DNA of 64,000 bases, from the NCBI GenBank assembly GCA_965261345.1, contig OZ253449.1, positions 1,824,001-1,888,000 of the forward strand, written 5' to 3'. How positions within the stretch are numbered: the first letter of the stretch is position 1; the number at the start of each line of letters is the position of its first letter. A program made the translations under genes and the position numbers. The notes below the pieces were generated by a model. It was not told where the DNA came from and did no database searches. It worked only from the letters and a program-made list of their open reading frames with translations. Shown piece by piece: positions 36,513 through 46,352 of the stretch. The stretch is from Chloroflexota bacterium (GTDB lineage Bacteria > Chloroflexota > UBA11872 > VXNJ01).

Positions 36513-38462
36513 ATGAACAATTTCCCCGCGTCGAGGGCAACGGTTGCGCCTGAATCGCCCACCCGGCTTCTGGCAAGGGTGGCAGCAGTCGGCCTGGCGT
36601 TGGTGCTCGCCCTGCTGATTGGACCAGGGCCGGTCGGTGCCAATTCGAAAATTGCCTACGATCCTGACCTGCGCATCCGCTTTGAGGGAGTCGGCAACGG
36701 TCACGGAGTCGGCATGTCGCAATGGGGGGCCTACGGCCGGGCGCTGGCCGGCCAGAGAGCCGACGAAATAATCCACGCCTACTACACCGACGTGGCAATT
36801 GAACAGCGCAACCTGGACGAGCAGGAGATCCGCGTCCTGGTATCCAGCGGCTATCGCGCCCCCGCAGTTGATGCTTCGTACGCTGGAACCGGCGGCCTGC
36901 GCGGGCAGATATTTGCGTGGGGCGGACCTTGGGAAATCGCCGGATTGACGGTGCCGATCGAGGCCGGCGGCCGGATTGAGCTGTTGTCATATCCCGGGGA
37001 GGCCAAGTATCTGGTGCAGGTATTTAATTCAGGCAACGTGCAATTGAGCCAGTTCGAGATGTACCGCTGGATCCGTATCAGGCCGCTTTCGCCGGCGACC
37101 ACCTTCCAGGTGTGGTACAAGGAAACCGCCCCGGTACCAGGAGGCGCGGGCGCGATCTATTACGATGTCTATCGTGGTGGCCTGCGTCTGATCGTCCGCG
37201 GCGACGGAACCGTCGACACCGTCAACGAAGTACCGATCGAGCAGTACCTGCGCGGGGTTGTCCCGGTAGAGGTAGTCCACGACTGGCCGATCGAAGCGAT
37301 TAAGGCCCAGGCCATGGCTGCGCGGACCTTCGCCCTGGACCGGATCGCTGGCGGCGGGGTTGACTGGGATACTGGCGATACGGTCTTCTCCCAGGCATAT
37401 CTGGGCGCCAACGCCGAGCAGGAAAACACCGATCTTGCGGTCAGCGACACCAGGGGTCTGGTAATAACCCACGCCGGATTGCCGATCAACGCGCTCTATT
37501 TTTCGAGCTTTGGCGGTCGCACCGAGAATTCCGAAGAAGTTTTCGGCGGGGCCGAACCCTGGCTCCGATCGCGTTCCGATCTGGATGAAAACGGACAGCC
37601 ATTTGACGCGGTGGGCCCCTGGGGAAGCTGGTCGACGCCGGAATTTCCAATGTCGCAGTTGGCGCAGGCGTTTGCCCAGAAATCCAATACCGACGTCGGG
37701 GAGTTGGTTGCGGTCGACTTTTCCGACCGATCGTCGTCGGGTGCGGTGCGCAATGTAACGATCACCGGCAGCCTGCGTGAAATCGTGGTGACTGGCGAGT
37801 TTTTCATCCAGGTCTTCAATGTGCGGACAGCCCGTTCATCCGGGATCCTCTACAGCCACAATTTCGAAGCTGTGCTGCCCGAACAGCCCCCGCCGGTCGT
37901 CGGACCGGGCCCCAGTCCGGCGCTGGGCCCAACAATTCCAGGCGGCGCCTATTTCTATCCGCAGACCGGCCATTGGATTGGCGGGCCGATATTGGACTTC
38001 TATCTAGGCAATGGCGGGGTCGCAGCATTCGGCCTGCCGCTGACCGGGCAATTGCCTGAGCATGGACGGATAGTTCAGTACTTTGAAAAGGCGCGGATTG
38101 AATTGCCGCCGGGCCCGGCCGCCGGGCCCGGCGGCATAACCCTGGGGCTATTGAGCCAGGAACTTCTCGGGGAAACAGAATTCGTCCCAGATTTGCGGCC
38201 ACTGGGTGAAGGGGACCTGCGGTTTGCCGAAACGGGCTTTAGCGTGCGCGGCGTTTTGCGCCAATTTTTCAACGACAACGGCGGGGTTTTTCGCTTTGGC
38301 TACCCGATTTCGCCCAGTTACCAATCCGGCCGGCTCACAGTGCAGCACTTCCAGCGGGCGACCATCAATTTCCCTTCCGATCGAGAGGATCTTATGGCCG
38401 TTACCAACGTTGGTTCACAGCTGCTGCAACAGCGCGGCTGGTTCGGCGGGTTGCCCGCCTAG
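36513..38462 (+). CDS. SpoIID/LytB-domain lytic transglycosylase with C-terminal YFPETGH-type surface repeats
   Basis: 'GNGHGVGMSQWGA', 'NEVPIEQYLRGVVPVEV...EAIKAQAMAARTFA' and 'DTVFSQAY'. Two repeats: 'YPQTGHWIGG...FGLPL...VQYFEKAR' and 'FAETGFSV...FGYPIS...VQHFQRA'. Confidence 0.9.
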   Translation: MNNFPASRATVAPESPTRLLARVAAVGLALVLALLIGPGPVGANSKIAYDPDLRIRFEGVGNGHGVGMSQWGAYGRALAGQRADEIIHAYYTDVAIEQRNLDEQEIRVLVSSGYRAPAVDASYAGTGGLRGQIFAWGGPWEIAGLTVPIEAGGRIELLSYPGEAKYLVQVFNSGNVQLSQFEMYRWIRIRPLSPATTFQVWYKETAPVPGGAGAIYYDVYRGGLRLIVRGDGTVDTVNEVPIEQYLRGVVPVEVVHDWPIEAIKAQAMAARTFALDRIAGGGVDWDTGDTVFSQAYLGANAEQENTDLAVSDTRGLVITHAGLPINALYFSSFGGRTENSEEVFGGAEPWLRSRSDLDENGQPFDAVGPWGSWSTPEFPMSQLAQAFAQKSNTDVGELVAVDFSDRSSSGAVRNVTITGSLREIVVTGEFFIQVFNVRTARSSGILYSHNFEAVLPEQPPPVVGPGPSPALGPTIPGGAYFYPQTGHWIGGPILDFYLGNGGVAAFGLPLTGQLPEHGRIVQYFEKARIELPPGPAAGPGGITLGLLSQELLGETEFVPDLRPLGEGDLRFAETGFSVRGVLRQFFNDNGGVFRFGYPISPSYQSGRLTVQHFQRATINFPSDREDLMAVTNVGSQLLQQRGWFGGLPA

Positions 38463-39577
38463 ACGTAGTCGGCTATCGGTGTGGCCACCAGGGCGTGGTC
38501 GGGAATACTGGTCTCGTGGCTTCCCTGGGCAGGATATTTGAAGACCTTGCCCTCGTAGTTGACCAGCGTGGCGTATTCGGAGTCGAGATTGACTAGGCGG
38601 TTGGGGGCAACCGTCATCTTGCCGCCCCCGCCGGGGGCGTCGATTACGAATTTGGGCACCGCAAATCCGGTGATGTTTCCCTGCAGGTGATTGATGATGT
38701 CGAGCCCGGTCTGGATGCTGGTGCGGAAATGGTGGGTTCCCTTGACCAGGTCGGCCTGGTAGAGGTAGTAGGGCTTCACCCGCATCTTGAGCAGTCCAAG
38801 CATCAATTCCTTCATAACCGCGGGGTCGTCGTTGACACCCTTTAACAAGACCGTTTGGCACCCCAGCGGCACCCCGGCGTCGGCCAACCGGGTGCAGGCG
38901 GCATGGGCTTGGGCGGTCAATTCGCGCGGGTGGTTAAAGTGCGTATTTACGTAGAGCGGGTGGTATTTGCGCAATATGTCGCACAGCTCGGGAGTTATTC
39001 GGGCGGGCAATACGCAAGGCAGTTTCGATCCGATTCGAATCACCTCGATGCTCGGAATCGCCCGCAGATTGGAAAGAATGCGGTCCAGGTGCTGATCTGA
39101 AAGCAGCAGCGGGTCGCCGCCCGAGAGCAGCACGTCGCGTACCTCGGGATGTCCGCGCAGGTACTCGAATACCGCTTCCATTTCCGACCAGCGCGGGACC
39201 GGGTATTTGCCGACCTTGCGCTTGCGGGTACAGAAGCGGCAGTAAATGGCACAGGTGTAGGTGACCGTGAACAGGACGCGGTCGGGGTAGCGGTGGGTAA
39301 GGTGCGGAACCGGACTGTCGTCGCCGTCCTCGCCGAGTGCATCCTCCATGTAATAGGTGGGATCATCCAATTCCGCTTTGGAAGGAATGACCTGCTTCCA
39401 GATCGGGTCGTCGCGCTCTTGAATTAGCGCACTGTAGTAGGCGTTGGAGAAAAACGGGTAAAGCTTGCGAATGGAATCCACTTCATCAGATTCAAGGCCG
39501 TCGGCGCCGGGAACGTCCTGCCCACGCCGTAGGCTCTGGCGCATCTCCTGCTTCCACTGGGGAGCTGCTTTGATCAA
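38459..39577 (-). CDS. kamA: KamA-family radical SAM/PLP enzyme, lysine 2,3-aminomutase type
   Basis: 'HRYPDRVL', CxxxCxxC (CAIYCRFC), 'LSGGDPL', 'THFNHPRE', 'QTVLLKGVND', 'YYLYQAD' and PLP-lysine 'DAPGGGGK'. Confidence 0.9.
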   Translation of the reverse strand: MIKAAPQWKQEMRQSLRRGQDVPGADGLESDEVDSIRKLYPFFSNAYYSALIQERDDPIWKQVIPSKAELDDPTYYMEDALGEDGDDSPVPHLTHRYPDRVLFTVTYTCAIYCRFCTRKRKVGKYPVPRWSEMEAVFEYLRGHPEVRDVLLSGGDPLLLSDQHLDRILSNLRAIPSIEVIRIGSKLPCVLPARITPELCDILRKYHPLYVNTHFNHPRELTAQAHAACTRLADAGVPLGCQTVLLKGVNDDPAVMKELMLGLLKMRVKPYYLYQADLVKGTHHFRTSIQTGLDIINHLQGNITGFAVPKFVIDAPGGGGKMTVAPNRLVNLDSEYATLVNYEGKVFKYPAQGSHETSIPDHALVATPIADYV

Positions 39578-39676
39578 TTAGGGCCTGCTTTTGCGGATTG
39601 GGCCAGGGAGGTCGGCGGTCGGCATATGGTGCACCGCATGGAACCGGCAACTTGTAATTTTCGCCAAATCCGCTGC

Positions 39677-41131
39677 CTACAACGGCGATTGCGGATCGAT
39701 CGCTACCGGTGCCATGACCGCGTCGGCCATCCCATGCAGGATCTTGGACGAATCGGGGCAGGCGGTGGCCAAAATGCCGCAAAACGTAACCTTCTGTCCG
39801 TCATCGATGTAATACGGCGAGAAACGCGATCGGACCCGGGCCCGCCGCAGCGTGTTGTGGCTCCGGTCAAACCAATCAACCTCGAAGCGCCGGCTGGCCA
39901 AATAGGGCTGAAGAACGTGTGGGGACCGGGCGAAGCTGTCTTGGGCCAGGGCAAGCGATTCGGCCCACTGCTCGGCCGGCACGTCGTGACCGATGGTCAC
40001 CCCGCGCGAGCCCCAAGCCTGGGGCGAATAACCGGACGGTTTGAGCACCAACCTTCGCTGGCGCTGGGTCGCGGCGGCCAATTCGCCCCAGCGGCGGACC
40101 TTGAGCGACCCGCATTGCAGCGGTGGGTCGATCGCCGCAAACGGCGGCAGCGGAGTCGGGTCGACTACCCACGTTGGCGGGAGATGACTGGCCAGGATCG
40201 CGTGTCGCTCACGGCCGAGCTGGGTTTGCCAAAAATTGCGCAATCCGGGATTGTGGAATAGCGCCAACAGCATCTTTTCTTCCAGCGGCGCCCGCGGCGG
40301 CGGCGTGATTGCGACAGCGCGCGCCTGCATCGCCGCCAGCATCTGGTCGGTCCCGGGTATGTTTTCCAGATCGAAGAGTTCGAAAAATCGGTAGATAATA
40401 TCCACTTGCTGGCACGCCCCGCGGTGCTCCAGCGTTACGCCGCTCCCCGGGTAGCCTAATTCTTCGGGGGCGGCCAGCGCGCAGCGCAGGCCCAACCGGC
40501 CAAGCTCGCTGGCCAGGGCGGCCATCTCCGGCCGGTAGGCTGCCGATTCATCCGAGACTACGAAGGCTACAAAAGGGTCCGGGCCGGGGGCCTGTCGCTG
40601 CAGCGCGTCTTTTAGGGTTTGGGCCAGCGGGGCGCCGGCGGTGCTCAACCCGGCGGCCTGATACCCGGCCCGCAGCGATTGCAATACGCCCAACCCACCG
40701 GGGACCGAATCCAGTTCGGTGGCAATGATCGATCCGTCTTCGGCCAACATCAGGTCGGGGCGAATGACCATAGGAAATTTCCCTCGCAGGCGGTTGCGGC
40801 GTGCCAGCGAGACCACCTTGTCGTCCTTACCGGCATCGAGCAAACGAGCTGGCCAGGCGGGGAGATTGCCACGCACGCTGTCCTGATACAAGCGACCGGC
40901 GGCGCGATAGAAAGCGGCCAGGTGTTCGCCCAGACCGGCGATCGTTTCCAGGGTAGCCGACGAGATTCCGATTGGGCGCGGCGAGAGCCGAAATGGGGCT
41001 CGGTTGGCGCCATCGGCGATCCCGGTCTCGCCGTAGAGCCCGCTGGCGGGCAGCGATTGATCGAGATCGGCGACCAATTCGCCGGGCGACCGACAGGCTG
41101 GCGCGGGGCTAGTCTGCCGCAAAAATATCAA
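39677..41131 (-). CDS. Uncharacterised ATP-grasp amide ligase (glutathionylspermidine synthetase/circularly permuted ATP-grasp-like)
   Basis: 'IRPDL...ATELDSVPGG' (R-x-D...E-x-D/N metal motif), 'IYRFFELFD', 'EEKMLLALF', 'VLKPSG....WGSRGV' and 'VLQPY'. Start uncertain. Confidence 0.65.
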   Translation of the reverse strand: MIFLRQTSPAPACRSPGELVADLDQSLPASGLYGETGIADGANRAPFRLSPRPIGISSATLETIAGLGEHLAAFYRAAGRLYQDSVRGNLPAWPARLLDAGKDDKVVSLARRNRLRGKFPMVIRPDLMLAEDGSIIATELDSVPGGLGVLQSLRAGYQAAGLSTAGAPLAQTLKDALQRQAPGPDPFVAFVVSDESAAYRPEMAALASELGRLGLRCALAAPEELGYPGSGVTLEHRGACQQVDIIYRFFELFDLENIPGTDQMLAAMQARAVAITPPPRAPLEEKMLLALFHNPGLRNFWQTQLGRERHAILASHLPPTWVVDPTPLPPFAAIDPPLQCGSLKVRRWGELAAATQRQRRLVLKPSGYSPQAWGSRGVTIGHDVPAEQWAESLALAQDSFARSPHVLQPYLASRRFEVDWFDRSHNTLRRARVRSRFSPYYIDDGQKVTFCGILATACPDSSKILHGMADAVMAPVAIDPQSPL

Positions 41132-41380
41132 ATCCTACAGAGGCAACTGGCAATTTGCCAACCGGATTGTATTCGCTTGCTAGTTGAGGCTGACGTCCGC
41201 GATCGCCGATAATGCGGGGAGTAGTCGGCCGGTTTCGACCATTGCTCTGTCCGGTATTTCGCCGACTGATTCCTTCAACCGACGCAGCAAGGCCCAGCTT
41301 CTAGGACTTTCGCTCGACTGGCGTCTGCGATCCGCCCAGATTCGGGCGACGCCGGGCGCGCCGTAAAACAACTAGGGACC

Positions 41381-43453
41381 ATGACCAAGCCATTCCCCAT
41401 CGTACGGCGATACCTTGCCGCCGCGCGCCCACCGCTGGCGCTGGCGTTCTTTGCGGGGCTGGTGATTGCCCTTGCCGGTTGCGAGTTCTTTGTCGCGACC
41501 GTCGCCCCCACCCCCACTCTGGTCACTTCGGCCAGTTCGTCCTCGCGTCCGCTGGTGGCTGTCGAGCGTGGAACCGTCGAACAGGCTATTCGGGCCACCG
41601 GGAGGATCGTGGCGCGCGAACGCGAGGACCTTTACTTCCTTTCCGGCGGTCGCATCAAGGGAGTTACCGTACGCCAGGGCGACCTGGTTGAACCGGGCGA
41701 TGTATTAGCCGAGCTCGAAACTGGAAATCTCGCCTCCCAGGTGGCCGCCGCGCAGGAGAGTTTTGAAACCGCCTCGCTGCGGGTCAAAGCCGCCCAGCAG
41801 GCGCTAAACGACGACCGATCGAACATCCAACAACAACTGCTCGCGGCTCGCAACGATGTGATCCGAAAGCAGGAAGCGATCGATTTCGCCCTTGATGGCG
41901 GCGACCCTGATGCGGTTGCAACCGCCCGTGCGCAAGTGACCGCGGCCCAGTTGGCGGTCACCGAGTCCCAGATCAATCTGTCGGTGTTGCAACGATCGCC
42001 GGAGGACATCCGGGAACGGGTCGAATTGGAACTTGGGAGCCGGCGCGACATCCTGGCCGATCTGCAGCGCGAGCTGGCCAATCTCGTATCCGCTGGCGCG
42101 CCAACTGAGCTTGAAGTCAACGACCGGGCGCGAACCCGCCTGGAGAACCTGCGCAGCCAGGTGGCCAATGCCCAGGCCAACCTGCAGATCGCCAAGGACA
42201 ACCTGGACCGGGCGATTAACGGAGCCAGCGGCGACGACCTAGAACAGGCCCAGCTGATCTTTCGGCGGGCCGAGATCAACTATGAAAACGCCCTGGAGCG
42301 CAACTTTACAGGTGATCAGCGCGAGCAGACCCAGATATCGTACGATCTGGCCCGGTTGGCCTACGAACGGGCGGTAAATCCGGGCGACGAAACCGATGTG
42401 GCCAAGGCCCGGGTCGCCGTACAGCAGGCCGAGGCCAACCTGGAACGGGCGCGCGATCTGCTCAGCGATGTCCCTGGAAACGGCAGCGATGCGATCGCTC
42501 TGGCTTATCTGGTTGACCAGGTCCAATCTGAACACCGCAGCGAAATCGCCGCTGCGCAGTTGGCCGTGCTCGGTGCCCAGCGGGCGGTTGACGAGTACGA
42601 AGTCGAATTGGAAAACGTGAGCGGCGGCCGGGGATCCTCCGAGCAGCGGGCCGCCCAATCTGGCCTGGTAAGAGCTCAAAACGCATTGCAACAGGCCCAG
42701 ATCCGGCTCTCCGATTTGCTAAATCCGTCCGATTCGGCAATATCGATCGCCATGAACGATCTGAGCTTGGCGATCGCCCGCCTGGAGAATCTCGAGCGGC
42801 GGGAAGAGCAGTTCGTCCAGGGCGATTCGCAGAAGGACATCGACCTGACGATCACCAGCAACAATTTCGAGCAGGCCCGGATCCAACTCGAGCGCCTGCA
42901 GGCGCAGACCATCGAGAACTTGATCATTGCCCCGTTTGCGGGCGAAGTCACTTTCGTAAAGGGCCGCGCCGGCGACCAGATCCAGGCCTATCAGGAGATT
43001 GTTGGGCTGTCCAATCCACAGTTTCTGGTGCTTGAATCGCTGGTCCCTGAGGTTGAATTTGAGGATCTCTCAATCGGCCAGATCGTCGATGTTCAGCTCG
43101 ACGCCTTTCCCGGTCGCGATTTCCAGGGCCGAGTGACTTCGCTACCGCGCAGCATCGTCTCCAATACCGGCCAGGCGATCACCGTCCCTGAGACCGAGAT
43201 CGAGGTCGATTGGGGAACGGCGGGAGTAGAACTGGGAATGCTGGCGCGCCTGAAAATCACCGTCCAGGTCAAAAACGACGTGTTGAAGGTTCCGCTCGGG
43301 GCGGTACGGTCGGTCAACGCCCGTGACTTTGTCGAGACCATCGTCGACGGTCAACGCCGTAGCCTGCAGATTACGACCGGTATTTCTTCCGACACCGAGA
43401 TTGAGATCGAAGCTGGCCTTGAAGAGGGACAAGAAATCTACGCGTCGCTTTAG
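41381..43453 (+). CDS. Lipoprotein periplasmic adaptor (MFP) with an extremely long coiled coil
   Basis: Lipobox LAGC; lipoyl halves 'GRIKGVTVRQGDLVEPGDVLAELE' and 'IIAPFAGEV' about 400 residues apart; C-terminal 'VLKVPLGAV...ITTGI...EIEAGLEEG'. Confidence 0.88.
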   Translation: MTKPFPIVRRYLAAARPPLALAFFAGLVIALAGCEFFVATVAPTPTLVTSASSSSRPLVAVERGTVEQAIRATGRIVAREREDLYFLSGGRIKGVTVRQGDLVEPGDVLAELETGNLASQVAAAQESFETASLRVKAAQQALNDDRSNIQQQLLAARNDVIRKQEAIDFALDGGDPDAVATARAQVTAAQLAVTESQINLSVLQRSPEDIRERVELELGSRRDILADLQRELANLVSAGAPTELEVNDRARTRLENLRSQVANAQANLQIAKDNLDRAINGASGDDLEQAQLIFRRAEINYENALERNFTGDQREQTQISYDLARLAYERAVNPGDETDVAKARVAVQQAEANLERARDLLSDVPGNGSDAIALAYLVDQVQSEHRSEIAAAQLAVLGAQRAVDEYEVELENVSGGRGSSEQRAAQSGLVRAQNALQQAQIRLSDLLNPSDSAISIAMNDLSLAIARLENLERREEQFVQGDSQKDIDLTITSNNFEQARIQLERLQAQTIENLIIAPFAGEVTFVKGRAGDQIQAYQEIVGLSNPQFLVLESLVPEVEFEDLSIGQIVDVQLDAFPGRDFQGRVTSLPRSIVSNTGQAITVPETEIEVDWGTAGVELGMLARLKITVQVKNDVLKVPLGAVRSVNARDFVETIVDGQRRSLQITTGISSDTEIEIEAGLEEGQEIYASL

Positions 43454-43493
43454 CGACGCCATCACCCCCTGCGCGCGGGCCAGGTAGCGCCCG

Positions 43494-46352
43494 ATGTTGT
43501 TTCCGATGGCGGTATTTGCGGCAAAAAGGCTGCTGCATAAGAGCCAGTTGATCATCGCCACCGTTCTGGGCCTGATCATTACGGTGACGCTGGTTACTGC
43601 GGTGCCGGTATTTGCCGACGGAATGTCGGAATTTCTGCTCCAACGCGAGCTGACCGAGCCCAACACCGAGCGCCGCCAACCCAGTTCTTCGATTCTGTTG
43701 CGCCATTTCTCACGCCCGCAGCAAAATGAACCGCCGACCGCGGTCGAAGACTATTTGCTGGCCGACAATTTCTTCGCCCACCGGATGCCGCAATTGACCA
43801 GCATGGACGAGATCGGGCAGGTTTCCTACCTGCAAACCGACGTGCACCCGGTTCTCCCGTTTGAGGCCTCGATCCAGGCCGGCCGGCGCCAGCGGACCCT
43901 CAAATATGCTTGGTTTGCAACCGCTTCCGATCTGCTCGATAACATCATGTTCATCGAGGGCAGACCGGCTTCCTCGGAGATCGGGTCAATCGAGGTCGAT
44001 GGGGCCGAGTCCCTTCTGCTCGAGGCATCGGCATCCAACGACCTGCTCGACAAATTCGGGTACCTGGTGGGCGACCGGATAAAGCTCATCTACGAGGACG
44101 AGAACACCGAGGAAGAGCACCCGATCGTCTTTGACATCGTCGGACGCTGGGTGCCAACCGAACCCGAAAATCGCAGCTACTGGTTCTACAACCCGGATTC
44201 GACCTATAACCGCGGTGGCTTCGTGGTCAATCGCGACGTCTTGCTCGAGACCCTGGTGGGGAGGTATCCGGGGATTTTCTACGAGGCGACCTGGTACTCG
44301 AATTTTGATCCGGCCTCGATCCGGGCGTCCAATTACCGGGCGGTGGCCGGTGGGCTGGTGACGCTGCGGGCCAGCACCAATTCGATTCTCCCGGGAACCA
44401 AGCTGGACTATTCGCCACAAGACATCATCGTCCGCTTCAACGAAAAGCTGTTCTTTTTGAAACTGTTGCTATTCATCCTGGCGGCGCCGGTGGTGGCGAT
44501 CATCCTCTACTACGTCAGCCTGACGGCGGGGATGGTGGTGGACCAGCAACGCAATGAGATCGCGGTGCTCAAGAGCCGTGGGGTAGGGACCCATCAGATT
44601 GTTGGGGTTTACATAATGGAGGGGTTGTTGGTGGCCGCGGTGGCGCTGATCATAGGACCCTTGCTGGCGCTGGGCCTGGCCCAGGTGATCGGCAAGACGT
44701 ACACCTTCCTGGTGTTTACCAATCGTGAAAACCTTCCGCTGATGCTTACCCAGCAGCACTACCTGTACGCTGCCGGCGCGGTGCTGCTGGCGATGCTGGC
44801 AACCCTTGCACCGGCGATCGCAGCGGCCCGGCTCTCGGTTGTCGAATTCAAGCAGGATGTCTCCCGGACCCTGCGCAAACCGCTTTATCAGCGCTTCTTT
44901 CTGGATTTCCTGATCGTTGGACTCGTCATCTACGGATACATGACGCTGCGCAACCGGGACTCGCTGCTGAGCTTTGGCCCCAGCGGCGAGTTGTTCTCCG
45001 ATCCGCTGCTGGTGATCATGCCGGTGCTGTTCATCTTTGCCCTGGCGCTGCTGTTCCTGCGCTTTATTCCCTACGTGGTCGCTTTGCTGGCTTTTGCGGG
45101 GAACCGGTTCTGGGGAGTTGGCATTCACCTGGGTCTGCGCCAGATCGGGCGCAGCCCCGGACAGTACACACGGCTGGTGCTGTTGCTAATACTCACCTTT
45201 GCACTTGGAACGTTTTCCGCCTCGATGGCCGCCACCATCGATCGCAACATTTCCGACCGCGCCTACTATTCAGTCGGCTCGGACATTCTTTTTGAGGAAT
45301 CGGGCTATTGGGATGCCGACAACGAGGTCTGGATCATTCAACCGGCCGATCTGCACGCCAAGGCGGTCGACGCCAACGGCGAACCAATGCTGGAACAGTT
45401 CGCGCGTCTCTGGCACGATTCGGACGCCCACTTCGTCCCGCCGGGTCGCACCCAGGCGGAAGTCATAAATGTCTACGGGGTCGATCCGATCCCGTTTGCC
45501 AAGACCGTGTGGTGGCGGTCCGATTTTTCCCTCCACCACCTCAATTCGATGATGAACGCGCTAGCCGGCGACGAGCGCGCGCTCCTAGCCGACCAGTCGT
45601 ACTTTGGCGACGAATTGCTGTTGCGCCCGGGCGATCCGCTCACGATCCGGTTTTCGCAGACCGATTTGGACTTTTACATCGCTGGGTGGATCGACGATTT
45701 TCCGACCCATTACCCTGAACGCGGCCCGTACGTGGTCGCCAACCTTGACTACGTCCATCGCAACATCGGCGAGAGCCCCTGGGACATCCTCGGGGTTCCG
45801 GCCGGGGACAACCAGGCACCCGAAATTGCCGATGCAATCTGGGAACTGAGCATCGACCTGCTCCATTACAACGTCGCCCAGAATTTGATCCAGGACTCGC
45901 GCGCCGACGCCACCCAGACCGGTACCTTCGGAATCCTGACCGTCGGGTTCATCATCTCGACCCTGTTGACCCTGCTCGGTTTTCTGCTCTACTCGTTCCT
46001 CTCGTTTAGGCGACGCCTACAGGAATTTGGGGTACTGCGGGCGATGGGGCTCTCAGTTAGACAGATGATCAACCTGTTCATGTTCGAGAATGGATTCCTG
46101 ATCGGCATGGGCACTCTGGTCGGCACCCTGCTTGGGATATTGACCGGAAATCTTTTCATTCCCTTCCTGCAGCTGTCGGCCGACCAATTTGCCGACACCC
46201 CGGCTTTCGTGATCGAGACCGCTTGGGGGGACATCGCCAAGATCTTCCTGGTCTTGGGGGTCGTCCTGGCGGTGGCGGTGCCGGTTTCGATTTGGATGCT
46301 GCGGCGAATCCGCATTCACGAGGCGATGAAGTTTGGAGATGAAACCGGATGA
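43494..46352 (+). CDS. Large duplicated FtsX-like ABC permease (952 aa)
   Basis: Two FtsX-type repeats ('QQRNEIAVLKSRG' and 'RRLQEFGVLRAMG'), each with a large extracytoplasmic domain. Confidence 0.9.
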   Translation: MLFPMAVFAAKRLLHKSQLIIATVLGLIITVTLVTAVPVFADGMSEFLLQRELTEPNTERRQPSSSILLRHFSRPQQNEPPTAVEDYLLADNFFAHRMPQLTSMDEIGQVSYLQTDVHPVLPFEASIQAGRRQRTLKYAWFATASDLLDNIMFIEGRPASSEIGSIEVDGAESLLLEASASNDLLDKFGYLVGDRIKLIYEDENTEEEHPIVFDIVGRWVPTEPENRSYWFYNPDSTYNRGGFVVNRDVLLETLVGRYPGIFYEATWYSNFDPASIRASNYRAVAGGLVTLRASTNSILPGTKLDYSPQDIIVRFNEKLFFLKLLLFILAAPVVAIILYYVSLTAGMVVDQQRNEIAVLKSRGVGTHQIVGVYIMEGLLVAAVALIIGPLLALGLAQVIGKTYTFLVFTNRENLPLMLTQQHYLYAAGAVLLAMLATLAPAIAAARLSVVEFKQDVSRTLRKPLYQRFFLDFLIVGLVIYGYMTLRNRDSLLSFGPSGELFSDPLLVIMPVLFIFALALLFLRFIPYVVALLAFAGNRFWGVGIHLGLRQIGRSPGQYTRLVLLLILTFALGTFSASMAATIDRNISDRAYYSVGSDILFEESGYWDADNEVWIIQPADLHAKAVDANGEPMLEQFARLWHDSDAHFVPPGRTQAEVINVYGVDPIPFAKTVWWRSDFSLHHLNSMMNALAGDERALLADQSYFGDELLLRPGDPLTIRFSQTDLDFYIAGWIDDFPTHYPERGPYVVANLDYVHRNIGESPWDILGVPAGDNQAPEIADAIWELSIDLLHYNVAQNLIQDSRADATQTGTFGILTVGFIISTLLTLLGFLLYSFLSFRRRLQEFGVLRAMGLSVRQMINLFMFENGFLIGMGTLVGTLLGILTGNLFIPFLQLSADQFADTPAFVIETAWGDIAKIFLVLGVVLAVAVPVSIWMLRRIRIHEAMKFGDETG

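Noticed and set aside
38459-39577. EF-P beta-lysylation enzyme EpmB or glutamate 2,3-aminomutase
   Set aside because: The motifs YQAD and DAPGGGGK are KamA-type, and no efp or epmA gene is adjacent.
41215-41298. yybP-ykoY Mn riboswitch-like words GGGGAGTAG and GCAAGGCCC
   Set aside because: The L3 CGUCAA motif is absent, the 5' part pairs as a simple hairpin, and it starts too close to the putative -10.
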